The notes: generated by a model not told the origin, from the letters alone. Positions 38,670 through 49,838 are shown, numbered from the stretch's first letter. The stretch is DNA of 64,000 bases from Oculatellaceae cyanobacterium bins.114 (GCA_033764315.1 JANRJA010000023.1:1-64000); one strand, 5' to 3'. Program-made: numbers and translations.

Positions 38670-41600
38670 ATGACAAGGACAGATCTGCTTTGGATTTCAC
38701 TTATCGTTGCCTCCAGTGTGGCGATCGCTCACCAAGAACCTCTGATAGCACAGTCGATCACCGCTGCGCCCGACGGCACGGGTACTGTGGTTCAGCGATC
38801 GGGCGGTGTCCACACTATTCAGGGCGGCAGCCTGTCTGGCGATGGGCGAAACCTGTTTCACAGCTTTGAGCGATTTGGCTTAAGTGCAGAGGAAGTCGCC
38901 AACTTTCTCAGTACCCCACAAATCCAAACCATTTTGGGTCGAGTGACAGGGGGTGACCCCTCCATTATTAACGGGTTGTTGCGAGTCAGTGGCGGCAACT
39001 CCGATCTGTATCTGATTAACCCAGCGGGAATTTTATTTGGAGCCAACGCTCGACTCGATATTCCTGCCTCGTTTACCGCTACGACTGCCACAGGCATCGG
39101 GTTTGGTGATTCTTCTTGGAGTGCGTTCGCTTCCAGCGACTACTCTGCTTTGATAGGGCAACCCACCAGTTTTGTCTTTAACACAGATGCACCGGGAGCA
39201 ATTGCTAACTTTGGCACGTTAGCGGTCAATCCGGGTGAACAGTTAACCCTCATCGGCGGCACTGTATTAAATGTTGGGACGCTATTGGCTCCGGGGGGTG
39301 TCATCACGATTGCCGCTGTACCTGGAGAAAACCGAGTCCGACTGAGCCAATCAGGAATGCTATTGAGCCTGGAGCTAGAAACCTTAAACAGTGCAGATGC
39401 AGTAACCGAAGTCGCGTTGCCATTTACCCCTCTATTGCTGCCAGAATTGCTCACCGGGGGCAGCATTGAGACTGCCTCTCAAATTCAAGTCAATGCAGAT
39501 GGTACGGTGCAACTGACCGGATCAGGTACCCCTATTGCTCCAACTCCAGGAACCGCCATTCTCACAGGAAGATTGGATGCCGCGAACCTGACCAGTAGTT
39601 CCCCATCTTTGCACCCCGAAGTTAATATCGTGGGCGATCGCATTGCTCTGCTCTCTGCCAACCTCGATGCCTCTAGCCTGAGTCAAGGGGGCACCATTCG
39701 CATCGGTGGTGACTATCAGGGACAAGGCAATTTGCCAACGGCACAAATCACTTACATTGATTTGGCGACACACTTAAGGGCTGATGGCATTTCCTCTCTG
39801 ACGGGTAGTGCTCAAGCCAACGGTGGCAGGGTGATTGTCTGGGCTGACCAAACCACCCGGTTTGACGGCAGCATTACCGCTCGTGGGGGTGAGTTGGGGG
39901 GCAATGGTGGATTTGTTGAGGTTTCTGGGCTACAAAATTTAGCCTTGACCGGAACGGTCAATACCCTTGCCCCCAATGGGTTAGCTGGAACCCTGTTACT
40001 TGACCCCGCTGATATTGTGGTGGTTACGCCCTTTTCATTGCCGCCCGCGTTTACAGCTTTGAGTCAGGTGGATGGGTTTGCTGATCCGGATATCACTCCC
40101 AACACATTGGACGTGTCACTGATTAACAATGCCCTGACAAATGTGACGTTGCAAGCGACTAATGACATCACGTTTAGTGCACCGATTAATATCCAAACGG
40201 GTGGGGTTGGGTTGACGGCTTTAGCCAACAACAACATCAGCGTGAATACGACGATAACTACGCGAGGGGGAAATTTGACCCTGATTGGTGACAACGACAA
40301 CTCTGGCTCTGGAGTCGTCAGGGTTGATACGGGTCAGTCGATCGCCACAAATGGTGGAGCCGTGACAATTCGGGGGCGCAATGCCACCAACACATTTGCC
40401 TCTGGTGTTGGAGCCTCAATTCTCAGCCCCATTGACTCTGGTGGGGGTGATATTCAAATTACGGGTGAATCCACCTCAGCCACTGGGTTATCGAGTTTTC
40501 AAGGCGATCGCGGCATTAATTTGGGACCTGGTGCACCCTTAAACTCTGGCGGTGGTGATATTACGCTGACGGCTAGCAATGTCCAACAACAGGGCATTGT
40601 GGCGTTTGATCCGATTAACTCTGGTGGAGGAGATGTTCGCATCACCGTCACCAGTGCTACGAACAACAACCTGACTTTGCTTGATCCTGTCAATGCTGGT
40701 GCTGGAGACATTGTCATCACCACAAATGAGCTGACTCGGTCTGCGGATGCCACTTTATTGGGCAGTGGAGATATTACAATTCAGCCGTTTACTCCCAGTC
40801 GAGCGATCGCCCTTGGAAATACCAGTCCTGTTCCTATATCGGGGGCACTCGATCTTGGCACCCTTGTGGATGGCTTGAGTGGTTTTAACCGCATCACCAT
40901 TGGTCGAGCGAATAGCAGTGGGGTGATTAGCCTGACGGGACCTGTGCAAGTGAGCGATCCGTTGACGCTGCGATCGCCCCTTGGCTCCATTGACACCACC
41001 GGAGGCAGCCTCCTCGGTTTAGACAATGCCACAATCACTTTGCTTGCTGGCACCTCTCTAGTCACAGGAGATGTGACCAATCCTGGGCGGGCCATTACTC
41101 TGACCAGTCAAAATGGCCGTGTCGATACTCAAGGAGGATTGATTGACACAGGGAATGAGGGCACCAATGATGGAGGGGCGATCGCCATTACTGCCGCCAG
41201 TGATATTGTCACGACTCGACTCAATACCTCTGTAGAAATTGGAACGGCTGGAGCGATCGCCCTCACCAGCACGAATGGCTCCATTACTTTGAATGGCGAC
41301 ACTTTAGCAACAGCCACCACTGGCAATGGGGGAGAGGTGGCATTGACAGCTCAACGAGGATTCGTTCAGGCAGACACAATTCGCACGAGTGCAACGGCCA
41401 ACGCAGGGGATGTCACGATTACTGCTCAAGACAGCATCACCACAGGGGATATCGAGACTGAGTCGTCGAGTGGCAATGCAGGCGATGTTACGCTTGATCC
41501 CAATGGCGATGTGCAGGTCAACACGATTAATGCCCAAAGTGCGACCGGCAATGGGGGCACTGTTAACATTACGACACGGCAATTTTTTAGAGCATTAAGT

Positions 41601-43253
41601 ACCTTTCGCGATCGCAACAACATCCTGGCAAGTATCTCGACCGCAGACAGCACAAGCGGTGGGGCAGTTACCATTCGACATGGGGGTGGTGACACGACTG
41701 CTTTTATTGTGGGTGGCTCCACTCCAAATGGCACGAGAGGGAGCATCACCAGTGGGGGCACAACGTTGAGGGCATCCCCTCCTCAAACATTGCAGGGCGA
41801 CTTCATTGAGGGCAATATCCAGGTGTTGACGGATGATAACCCGCCGCCGCCTCCGCCTCCGCCGCCCCCTCCAGGATTGCAGTGCCCTCCCAATTGTCCG
41901 CCTGATATCGCCCCCCCTCCCTCGTTTATCCCTTCAACTCCGTCAAGTCGGGGCAATGACAATCCTTACTTTGCTCCCTCGTTACCATCTGAGCTGTTTC
42001 AAGCCAAAGACTTGAATCTAGTTCGTACGACACTTTTAGAGTTACAAACAGCCGCCCAGATCAAAACGGCTCTGATCTATATCAGCTTTATCCCAGCAGA
42101 CTTGGTTGCCCCAGCCGATTACGAGACGCTAGAAACCAACGCTATTCAGCAGTATCAGCAATATCTCCAACCCAACTCCTCTGTCACCCACGCTCCTGGC
42201 TCCTGGCAACCACAAGATAGCGACCAGCTTGAGCTACTGATTATTACGGCAACAGGTGAACCCATTCGGAGGCTTGTCCCAGAGGTCACTCGTGGTCAGG
42301 TGAGACAAGTCGCCGATCGCTTCAGGCAACAGGTCACCGATCGAGCTAGCATTCGCGCCAACAACTATCTCAGCACAGCCCAACAACTGTATCAGTGGTT
42401 GATTGCTCCTATCCAATCTGATTTAGCAGCCAACGAGATTCAAACCTTATCCTTCATCCTGGACCCAGGATTGCGATCGCTGCCGCTCGCCGCCCTATAC
42501 GATGGCAAGCAGTTTTTAGTTGAGCAATATAGTGTCAATTTGATGCCGAGCATTAGCCTGATTGATGCCAGTTACGTGAGTCTTAACAATGTGCAATTAC
42601 TGGCAATGGGAGCCTCAGAATTTACTGAGTTTGTTCCTTTACCGGCTGTGCCGATCGAGTTAGAGACGATTACCTCTACTCGATCAGGGGAGTTATTTTT
42701 AAATGACTCCTTTACGCTGGCAAATTTGCGACTTCAACGCAATAATCGTGGATTCGGCATTGTTCACTTGGCGACCCATGCTGAGTTTCGCCCAGGACAA
42801 CCTAATAATTCCTTTATTCAACTATGGGATCAGAAACTACAACTCGACCAGTTTCGTCTGCTTAATCTCTACAATCCGCCTGTAGAGTTGTTGGTTTTAA
42901 GTGCCTGTCGCACTGCCTTGGGGGATAACCAGGCTGAGCTAGGCTTTGCGGGCTTGGCCTTGCAAGCGGGAGTTAAATCAGCTCTAGCAAGCCTCTGGTA
43001 TGTTAGCGATGAGGGCAGTCTGGCATTTATGACAGAGTTTTATCGCCAGTTGCAAACCGCACCTACTAAAGCCGAGGCACTCCGTCAAACTCAACTGGCT
43101 ATGATTCGGGGCGAGGTGCAGTTGGTAGATGGGCAATTACGCGGGACTGAAGACAGCATTTCTCTCCCGGCTAACCTCGCTCATCGACAAACGATTAACC
43201 TGACACATCCTTTCTTTTGGTCTGCTTTTACGTTGATCGGTAGTCCGTGGTAA
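38670..43253 (+). CDS. Filamentous-haemagglutinin (TPS) N-terminal domain protein with C-terminal CHAT (caspase-like) domain
   Basis: Signal peptide, NLFHSFERF, LINPAGILFG, beta-helix repeats, poly-Pro linker, HLATHAEF, VLSACRTA, ASLWYVSD, HPFFWSAF. Confidence 0.92.
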   Translation: MTRTDLLWISLIVASSVAIAHQEPLIAQSITAAPDGTGTVVQRSGGVHTIQGGSLSGDGRNLFHSFERFGLSAEEVANFLSTPQIQTILGRVTGGDPSIINGLLRVSGGNSDLYLINPAGILFGANARLDIPASFTATTATGIGFGDSSWSAFASSDYSALIGQPTSFVFNTDAPGAIANFGTLAVNPGEQLTLIGGTVLNVGTLLAPGGVITIAAVPGENRVRLSQSGMLLSLELETLNSADAVTEVALPFTPLLLPELLTGGSIETASQIQVNADGTVQLTGSGTPIAPTPGTAILTGRLDAANLTSSSPSLHPEVNIVGDRIALLSANLDASSLSQGGTIRIGGDYQGQGNLPTAQITYIDLATHLRADGISSLTGSAQANGGRVIVWADQTTRFDGSITARGGELGGNGGFVEVSGLQNLALTGTVNTLAPNGLAGTLLLDPADIVVVTPFSLPPAFTALSQVDGFADPDITPNTLDVSLINNALTNVTLQATNDITFSAPINIQTGGVGLTALANNNISVNTTITTRGGNLTLIGDNDNSGSGVVRVDTGQSIATNGGAVTIRGRNATNTFASGVGASILSPIDSGGGDIQITGESTSATGLSSFQGDRGINLGPGAPLNSGGGDITLTASNVQQQGIVAFDPINSGGGDVRITVTSATNNNLTLLDPVNAGAGDIVITTNELTRSADATLLGSGDITIQPFTPSRAIALGNTSPVPISGALDLGTLVDGLSGFNRITIGRANSSGVISLTGPVQVSDPLTLRSPLGSIDTTGGSLLGLDNATITLLAGTSLVTGDVTNPGRAITLTSQNGRVDTQGGLIDTGNEGTNDGGAIAITAASDIVTTRLNTSVEIGTAGAIALTSTNGSITLNGDTLATATTGNGGEVALTAQRGFVQADTIRTSATANAGDVTITAQDSITTGDIETESSSGNAGDVTLDPNGDVQVNTINAQSATGNGGTVNITTRQFFRALSTFRDRNNILASISTADSTSGGAVTIRHGGGDTTAFIVGGSTPNGTRGSITSGGTTLRASPPQTLQGDFIEGNIQVLTDDNPPPPPPPPPPPGLQCPPNCPPDIAPPPSFIPSTPSSRGNDNPYFAPSLPSELFQAKDLNLVRTTLLELQTAAQIKTALIYISFIPADLVAPADYETLETNAIQQYQQYLQPNSSVTHAPGSWQPQDSDQLELLIITATGEPIRRLVPEVTRGQVRQVADRFRQQVTDRASIRANNYLSTAQQLYQWLIAPIQSDLAANEIQTLSFILDPGLRSLPLAALYDGKQFLVEQYSVNLMPSISLIDASYVSLNNVQLLAMGASEFTEFVPLPAVPIELETITSTRSGELFLNDSFTLANLRLQRNNRGFGIVHLATHAEFRPGQPNNSFIQLWDQKLQLDQFRLLNLYNPPVELLVLSACRTALGDNQAELGFAGLALQAGVKSALASLWYVSDEGSLAFMTEFYRQLQTAPTKAEALRQTQLAMIRGEVQLVDGQLRGTEDSISLPANLAHRQTINLTHPFFWSAFTLIGSPW

Positions 43254-43352
43254 TGGGTAGATGTGATGCTGGGCGGGGTCGTGAGTGATGATTCTAAATC
43301 CCTCAGTTGCCCATCGCATCATTTTTGAAAGAGAGTTGACATTAGCACTCTC

Positions 43353-43907
43353 TTAAGGCACTACTCTGACAGGGGTGCCCACATCTACGATCGCAAATAG
43401 CTCTTGAATGTCACGGTTATAAAGTCGCACACAGCCATGCGAAGCTTCCCTGCCTACCGATTCAGGGTTGGGAGTGCCATGCATTCCTACCCAGTTTTGA
43501 CCATCCGTCCAGAACCCAATCCAGTAGCTTCCCAGCGGGTTGTTGGGGGAACCTCCTGCAATTACCTGTCCAGTCAGTGGGTTAACCCAGGTCGGATTGT
43601 GAATCATCTGTCTGACCTCAAAATCACCAATGGGGGTGCGCCAACCCTGTCGCCCAACCGCAACTGGATAAGATTTGAGCCGTGTCTCTCCTTGATAAAG
43701 CGTCAGTTGGCGATCGCTCAGGTCAATTTCAAGGTGAGTGGGAGTTGGGGTGAGATTAACAATCGTGCCATTTTGATCTGTTTCTAGTGCGTAACTGTAC
43801 TCGTAGTAGGGGATGACTTCATTGGCTGTCAATGACTTGGGTAGATTGAACAAACCAACGACTAAAAAAAAGCCAGTAACGGCGATCGCTCGAATTCCAG
43901 TTGCCAT
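43353..43907 (-). CDS. L,D-transpeptidase (YkuD) family protein
   Basis: YPVAVG, TPIGDF, GMHGT, SHGCVRL. Confidence 0.93.
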   Translation of the reverse strand: MATGIRAIAVTGFFLVVGLFNLPKSLTANEVIPYYEYSYALETDQNGTIVNLTPTPTHLEIDLSDRQLTLYQGETRLKSYPVAVGRQGWRTPIGDFEVRQMIHNPTWVNPLTGQVIAGGSPNNPLGSYWIGFWTDGQNWVGMHGTPNPESVGREASHGCVRLYNRDIQELFAIVDVGTPVRVVP

Positions 43908-44197
43908 ATTTCCTGCTAAAAATAGCCCGAAACGTTCTCCAAATTTGATTGTTTTACCCTCTCAAAGAGAAGGGACTTAAAAATAAATTAGCGCAGCTCT
44001 AACAGGCTATTCCTATCTTTAAACCAAAATAGCATTGACCGATTATGACTTTTGATGGGGTCAAGGATCATCTACCTTACTAAGGATTACTATCTGAATC
44101 TAAAAAAAATACTCAAGATAGCAACAATATTTTTAAAAAAATCGGATCGAAGCCAACAAGATGAGTTACGATTATCGCAAAATTGAGGGTTAATTTT

Positions 44198-44680
44198 ATG
44201 GGCGTGAGGTCAAAAAATTTAGTGGGTCTAGCCACATTCATCGTCTCCTCACTGGTGCTTGTGAATGCCGCTGTTGCTCAAAATGCAGACGATGAAGCGG
44301 CTCGACGTGAGGTAGCTGAGCAACCTGCTGTTTGGGAAGCATTTCAAGATGCTTATTATCAACGAAGTGGCAACTTCTATGACAATCGGGAAATTCCAGG
44401 TAATGTCACTTGGATGATTGGCCCCTTTCCAGAAAACAATATTGCCGCTGATGGTCGAGCTGTGCATCGAGTTTATCGAGATGTCTTTACTCAACAAGCA
44501 TTGAGTGATCCCTTAATGCGTACCGCTGATGTGACTAACCCATTTGATACTTCTTTGTTGCTGTTGCCAGCGATTCAACCCACGAGCAGCTTTCCATCAA
44601 ATGATGATCGGGTTGATACTATTCCTGCACCAACCGCATTGCCTCCAACACCAACAGGTCCAGTGCGGGCACTCTATTAA
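44198..44680 (+). CDS. Conserved cyanobacterial hypothetical exported protein
   Basis: Signal peptide; FPENNIAADG...QQALSDPLMRTADVTNPFDTSL motif; terminator hairpin at ~44715-44750. Confidence 0.75.
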   Translation: MGVRSKNLVGLATFIVSSLVLVNAAVAQNADDEAARREVAEQPAVWEAFQDAYYQRSGNFYDNREIPGNVTWMIGPFPENNIAADGRAVHRVYRDVFTQQALSDPLMRTADVTNPFDTSLLLLPAIQPTSSFPSNDDRVDTIPAPTALPPTPTGPVRALY

Positions 44681-44807
44681 TTGAAATCGAAATTATTTCA
44701 CTCAATAAAGCTCAATCCTCGGCTTTGATAATCAAGTCGAGGATTTGTTTTGCGGCAATGAACTTTGACTGGCTATCATTTAATCCACATTTTTTAATTG
44801 CACCCTT

Positions 44808-44999
44808 CTGACTGCCTGACAAATCTTTATGCTTGGCGATTGAAATCGCAGCTACAGGAGCAAAATCCGCCGACACGGGTTACAGAAAACCTTGATGCAT
44901 CCAGTCCGCGTAGGCGGACTTCGATCGGATAGGCGCGATTTCAATCGCCAGCCACAGCACGGAATATTAAGGGTTTCAGAACTTTTGTCAGTCAATCAG
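44808..44999. mobile_element. MITE (~192 bp) with 16-bp imperfect TIRs and 8-9 bp target-site duplication
   Basis: TIRs CTGACTGCCTGACAAA / TTTGTCAGTCAATCAG; flanks TGCACCCT(T) at 44799 and TGCACCCT(C) at 45000; internal GGCGATTGAAATCGC...GCGATTTCAATCGCC hairpin. Confidence 0.8.
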
Positions 45000-45023
45000 T
45001 GCACCCTCTGTGAGCCTTTTTCA

Positions 45024-45089
45024 AAATCCCCGGTTTCTGAGGATGGGAATGAGGTTCCTTGGAGAAGACTGAGGAGAAACGGGAGATCT
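45024..45089. repeat. Palindromic dispersed repeat (ATCCCCGGTTTCT ... AGAAACGGGAGAT)
   Basis: Same arm family as 12401-12433 and 13972-14038. Confidence 0.65.
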
Positions 45090-45245
45090 AGACCCTTAAG
45101 GTGTGCATCGCGTTAGTGGGTGACGCAATCCAAGATGATGCACTTGGGAATCATCTTGAGACAATCCACGAGTGCCATCGGCGTACTTTAATGAACGTTG
45201 AGAGCAACAAAAATTAACAATACTGTCCTGAGGAATGCAGCTTGC

Positions 45246-45956
45246 ATGATAAGAATTATTACGGACTTTGATGGTCCCATTATGGATGTCTCTGAACGTT
45301 ATTATCGGGTTTACCAGTTTTGTTTAGAGGCCGTGCAACAGCCAGGTCAGTCACTGACGGTTTTGTCTAAACCTCAATTCTGGCAACTCAAGCGATCGCA
45401 GATTCCTGAACGCCAAATCGGGCTAATGTCTGGCTTAGATGAAGTGCAAGCCCATACATTTGCTCAACTGCGTCGGCAGATCGTTCATACGCTGCCCTAT
45501 CTCAAATACGACACTCCGGTTGAAGGAGCAATCGCCACCCTTGAACGCCTATATCAAAGCAAGGTTGACTTGGTTGTCATGACGTTGCGACGAGTGCGTG
45601 AATTGCAAGATGCCTTTGATCGCCATGATCTAGCCCGCTTTTTTGCCAGCGATCGCCGCTATTGCCTGAGCAATGATTACGTCAAAACCACTGACGTAGA
45701 AGACAAGCCCCTGCTCATGCAACAAGCCCTTGCTGATCTGACCCCGGTGGATCAAACCTGGATGATTGGCGATACCGAAGCAGATATCATCGCTGCTAAA
45801 ACCCACGGGATCAAAGTCATTGCGGTGCTTTGTGGAATTCGCGATCGCACCCAATTGCTACAACATCAGCCCGATTGGATCGTGAATAATGTGGGCGAAG
45901 CAGTCGATCTAGCCATGCAGTTGTCACCAGAAACAAGCCTCGGTTATCGAGGTTAG
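45246..45956 (+). CDS. HAD-superfamily hydrolase
   Basis: DFDGPIMD motif I, DKP, MIGDTEADI motif IV. Confidence 0.9.
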   Translation: MIRIITDFDGPIMDVSERYYRVYQFCLEAVQQPGQSLTVLSKPQFWQLKRSQIPERQIGLMSGLDEVQAHTFAQLRRQIVHTLPYLKYDTPVEGAIATLERLYQSKVDLVVMTLRRVRELQDAFDRHDLARFFASDRRYCLSNDYVKTTDVEDKPLLMQQALADLTPVDQTWMIGDTEADIIAAKTHGIKVIAVLCGIRDRTQLLQHQPDWIVNNVGEAVDLAMQLSPETSLGYRG

Positions 45957-45984
45957 CTTCCACCTGAGTGGGATCACCCTGGCT

Positions 45985-46590
45985 CTAGCGTAAGAAACTG
46001 CTGATTAACCAAAGCAAAATAAAGGCAATACAAGCCGCAAAAGCTTCGGGTAGTACCTTAATAGAGTACAAAAATGGCTCAATCAATCCACTCAGCCACA
46101 GCCCTGTGGCTACCCCAACAATCAACCCTACCAGGGTTAACAAGAAAGCACGCCCAAATTTGTGCTCTTTTCGATTGAGGAAATAAAGACTAAAACCGAC
46201 CCCTAAAGCTAAACCTACAGGAGGAGCCGCAAGACTTAACAGGCTTAACGCAGCAAAAATACCAGCAGGCCACAAAATATCAGCCCGACTGGGAGTATCG
46301 ATAAAACGTTGTAACCAATCCGGAGTTTGTTTGGGAGGAACTGGAGTAAACTCAGGAGGAGGTTCAACCAAGCGTTCAGGAAAACGAATTCGATCAGGCA
46401 CCTTAATCTTGCCTTCTTGACGCAGCCGTAGTCGGTCCATCAGGATGGCATCATACGCTGCCTCAATTGCTTCTAACTGCTTGCGATCGCTTTCATGCTC
46501 TTCCATCAACCGATTTCGAGCATCTTGAATTTCTTCAAATGAAGCGTTTTCATCGACTCCAAGCCGTTGGTAGTGATTCAGATCACTCAT
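45985..46590 (-). CDS. CPP1-like (DUF3353) J-like membrane protein
   Basis: YQRLGVDENASFEEIQDAR, IEAAYDAILMDRLRLRQEGKIKVPDRIRF, C-terminal TMs. Confidence 0.88.
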   Translation of the reverse strand: MSDLNHYQRLGVDENASFEEIQDARNRLMEEHESDRKQLEAIEAAYDAILMDRLRLRQEGKIKVPDRIRFPERLVEPPPEFTPVPPKQTPDWLQRFIDTPSRADILWPAGIFAALSLLSLAAPPVGLALGVGFSLYFLNRKEHKFGRAFLLTLVGLIVGVATGLWLSGLIEPFLYSIKVLPEAFAACIAFILLWLISSFLR

Positions 46591-46944
46591 TGATAACCTC
46601 CAGAAGACCCCCACTATACTCGATTATGATTGCCAATAGCAAAATTAGGAGCATTCCCAGAAAAACAGCACTGATTAATAGGTGCTGCCCCCGTGTAATT
46701 ATCTAGGAGACTTCAGCAAAAACTTGCCATAAATTGACCCCACCATCCTATGTATCTTAAAAATCTTCAAATTCTAAGGGCTAATTATTTGCATTACGGG
46801 TTTCTAAGCACATAATTAGTTTAATAACCGCTTAATATGTGTAGGGTGCCTACGTTAATTTTGAATCTATTTGCATCAAACTTGACTGCTTGATCGAACT
46901 CTTCATCCAACATTTATAGATATCTCCCCTCCTCAGTGCAACCT

Positions 46945-47661
46945 ATGGCTATGGCTTCAGCCAAAATTCTTGTAGTTGATGATGATCCGTCAATTCGGAC
47001 ATTGATTCACCGTTTTCTATCCAAGCAGAACTATCAGATGGAATCTGCTGAAGATGGTAAGACTGCTCTAGCGGTGTTTGAACAATTCAACCCCGATCTC
47101 GTCATCCTGGATGTTAACTTACCAGATGCAACAGGCTACGCACTCTGTCAAGAGATGCAAAGTCGAACCGGTGTTTTTGTCTTGATGTTGACCAGTCGCG
47201 CCGACGAGGCTGACAAAATTCGAGGGTTTGCTCAAGGGGCTGATGATTACCTCACAAAACCCTTTAGCTTAGGCGAATTAGAAGTCAGGGTAGGCGCAAT
47301 TCTAAAACGTCAACGCCCTGTTACCACAGCCGAACAGCAATGCCTGGTCTTTAATGGTCTTTCCATCGATCCAGTCCGGCGAGAAGTGACACTCAATAGT
47401 GAGATTGTGCCACTCACCGCTTTAGAGTTTGATTTGCTGCATTTTTTAGCCAGCCACCCCGGTCGAGTTTGGCGACGTGCAGAGCTTATTCAGAAAGTCT
47501 GGGATTACGAATATGTCGGTGATCAACGGGTTGTTGATGTGCACATCGGGCAAATTCGCAAGAAGATTGAGATTGACACCACTCAGCCTGCGTTAATTCA
47601 AACGGTTCGTGGAGTGGGTTACAAATTTGAAGCCCCTGACTCTGCTGGCACTCCAGCGTGA
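46945..47661 (+). CDS. OmpR-family response regulator (orphan; possibly SrrA-like)
   Basis: ILVVDDD, DLVILD, GADDYLTKPF, LTALEFDLL, VVDVHIGQIRKK, TVRGVGY. Confidence 0.93.
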   Translation: MAMASAKILVVDDDPSIRTLIHRFLSKQNYQMESAEDGKTALAVFEQFNPDLVILDVNLPDATGYALCQEMQSRTGVFVLMLTSRADEADKIRGFAQGADDYLTKPFSLGELEVRVGAILKRQRPVTTAEQQCLVFNGLSIDPVRREVTLNSEIVPLTALEFDLLHFLASHPGRVWRRAELIQKVWDYEYVGDQRVVDVHIGQIRKKIEIDTTQPALIQTVRGVGYKFEAPDSAGTPA

Positions 47662-47817
47662 GTTTAGCGTTTCGCTCGTCTTCTTTGGAGCTAACCTGAC
47701 TGTCGCGATCAATCCAACTAAAAAATGAGAGCCAACTAAAAAATGAGGGCATCTAGATGCCCTCATTTCAACTTTAAAGAGGATCAAGGGGCTAAACCTC
47801 CTTGCCCCAATCCAGTG

Positions 47818-48831
47818 TTAAGCTTTCCAGCCTTGAGCTACCACTTCTGCAAGGTCAACCACACGCTGGCTATAACCCCACTCGTTGTCATACCAGGCAA
47901 CCACTTTCACCATGTCTCCACCCATAACCATCGTTAAGTGAGAGTCAATGATAGATGAGGCATCATGCCCCCGATAGTCGCTCGAAACCAGTTCTAATTC
48001 GCTGTATGCCAAGACGCCCTTTAAGGGACCTTCTGAAGCAACTTTAAGAGCTTCGTTAACTTGCTCTTTGATGGCTGGCTTTTCAACTTGAACCACCAAA
48101 TCTACAACTGAGACGTTAGGAGTGGGTACCCGCAAAGCGATACCGTTGAGTTTGCCACTCAACTCAGGAAGAACAAGAGCAACCGCTTTAGCTGCCCCCG
48201 TCGTTGTCGGCACAATATTGAGAGCCGCAGCCCGTGCTCGGCGAACATCACGGTGGCTAGCATCCAACAGCCGCTGGTCTCCGGTGTAGCTGTGGGTAGT
48301 CGTCATCGTCCCCTTGATGATGCCAAAGCTCTCGTGAATCACTTTGGCGATCGGAGCTAGGCAGTTGGTCGTACAACTGGCGTTGCTGATAATAGTGTGC
48401 TTGTTGTGGTCGTAATCTTTATCGTTGACACCTACGACAAAGGTGCCATCATCACCCTTACCTGGTGCAGTAATTAAGACTTTCTTGGCTCCCGCCTCTA
48501 AGTGTTTAGAGGCACCCTCTTTGCTTGTGAAAACACCCGTTGACTCAATGATGAGGTCGATATCCCAAGCACCCCACGGCAGGTTCAAGGGATTGCGATC
48601 AGACGTACATTTAATAGTCTTGCCGTTCACCGTGATGGTGTTGTCATCAGCACTGATGTCGGCATTTAGCTTGCCCAGCATGGAATCGTATGAAAGCAAA
48701 TGAGCATTGGTTCTGGGGTCAGATGTGTCGTTGATGGCAACGACCTCCAACTGACTGTTGTTTCTCGTAAGCCAGCACCGCAGAAAGTTGCGCCCAATGC
48801 GCCCAAATCCGTTGATCGCTACTCTAATCAC
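47818..48831 (-). CDS. gap2: Glyceraldehyde-3-phosphate dehydrogenase, NAD(P)-dependent Calvin-cycle type
   Basis: [48 protein letters not shown]. Confidence 0.95.
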   Translation of the reverse strand: MIRVAINGFGRIGRNFLRCWLTRNNSQLEVVAINDTSDPRTNAHLLSYDSMLGKLNADISADDNTITVNGKTIKCTSDRNPLNLPWGAWDIDLIIESTGVFTSKEGASKHLEAGAKKVLITAPGKGDDGTFVVGVNDKDYDHNKHTIISNASCTTNCLAPIAKVIHESFGIIKGTMTTTHSYTGDQRLLDASHRDVRRARAAALNIVPTTTGAAKAVALVLPELSGKLNGIALRVPTPNVSVVDLVVQVEKPAIKEQVNEALKVASEGPLKGVLAYSELELVSSDYRGHDASSIIDSHLTMVMGGDMVKVVAWYDNEWGYSQRVVDLAEVVAQGWKA

Positions 48832-49163
48832 TGCGTCTTGCCCTCTTCAATGAATCACCATTTAACCTCTCACAGGAGACATCGAATTCGCAGAATCGGA
48901 AGATTCATTGCCTCTTTGTAACAGGATTTGTTAATGAACCAGATCATACACTTTAGCGAGTAACCGTCTCAATACTTAGAGTGACGGATTGGGATCAATA
49001 TGGAGATAAGGTGAAAATTTTTAACACAGACAGCTGAGTAGTTTGGGGGAGAAGGATGGAATGATGGGGTTTGAGAATGACGCGATCGCGGGAAAACTGG
49101 CTCTCTCACCCTTATATTCTCTTCCTGTTGCTTTTTCAGCCTCTTACTCTGAAGCCTAAACTG

Positions 49164-49838
49164 CTAAATGTAAAGATTTTCCCGGTTGATATAAGCAAAG
49201 ACAGCGTCTGGCACTAAGTAGCGAATGGAGCGGTGGTTGTTCCCCAACGGAAACCGCTTGGCATCGCGCCTATATTGCCGAATTAGACTACTGGAAACTT
49301 CAAATAAGGGCATGTGCAAGACTTGCCAGTGAATTTTTAGGTTTTGTTGTAGTAAGGCTTGAGCCACCTGGGTGCAGAGTTGTGGGGTGGTTGGTGAAGC
49401 CATTGACTTGGTTGCCTGAGTGTCTGGCTGGGTCAGGAAACGGGGTGCTACTAGCCAACTGCACTGTTGCACTAGCTCGTGACGACGATACCACTGAGGC
49501 AAGGTTTGAAACGCATCTAAGCCCAGAATCCAATACCACTGGCTCTGAGGATGGTGTTGTTGCAGCTCAGTGAATAGGTCGATGGCGTAGGACGGGGTTG
49601 GACGATCGAGATTAACGGTAGAGAGTGCAAAAGCCGGATGAGAGGCGATCGCCGCTTTGATCATAGCTACTCGATGGGAGACGGCTGCTAAATCAGTGGG
49701 CGATCGATGGGGAGGATGATAAGTCGGTACCCAAAGTACCTGATCCAACTGAAGTTGATGCAGGGCAGTCTCTGCCATCAACAGATGCCCTAAATGGATG
49801 GGGTTAAAGGTTCCTCCTACAATTCCCAACTTTGGCAT
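49164..49838 (-). CDS. nadD: Nicotinate-nucleotide adenylyltransferase
   Basis: GGTFNPIHLGH, WILGLDAF, VSSSLIR. Confidence 0.93.
   Translation of the reverse strand: MPKLGIVGGTFNPIHLGHLLMAETALHQLQLDQVLWVPTYHPPHRSPTDLAAVSHRVAMIKAAIASHPAFALSTVNLDRPTPSYAIDLFTELQQHHPQSQWYWILGLDAFQTLPQWYRRHELVQQCSWLVAPRFLTQPDTQATKSMASPTTPQLCTQVAQALLQQNLKIHWQVLHMPLFEVSSSLIRQYRRDAKRFPLGNNHRSIRYLVPDAVFAYINRENLYI

Noticed and set aside
46841..46853. GTA-N7-TAC upstream of the response regulator as an NtcA site
   Set aside because: Spacing is 7 rather than 8.
47714..47770. Direct duplication CCAACTAAAAAATGAG next to a hairpin
   Set aside because: Local slippage duplication at a terminator between convergent genes; no sign of a mobile element.
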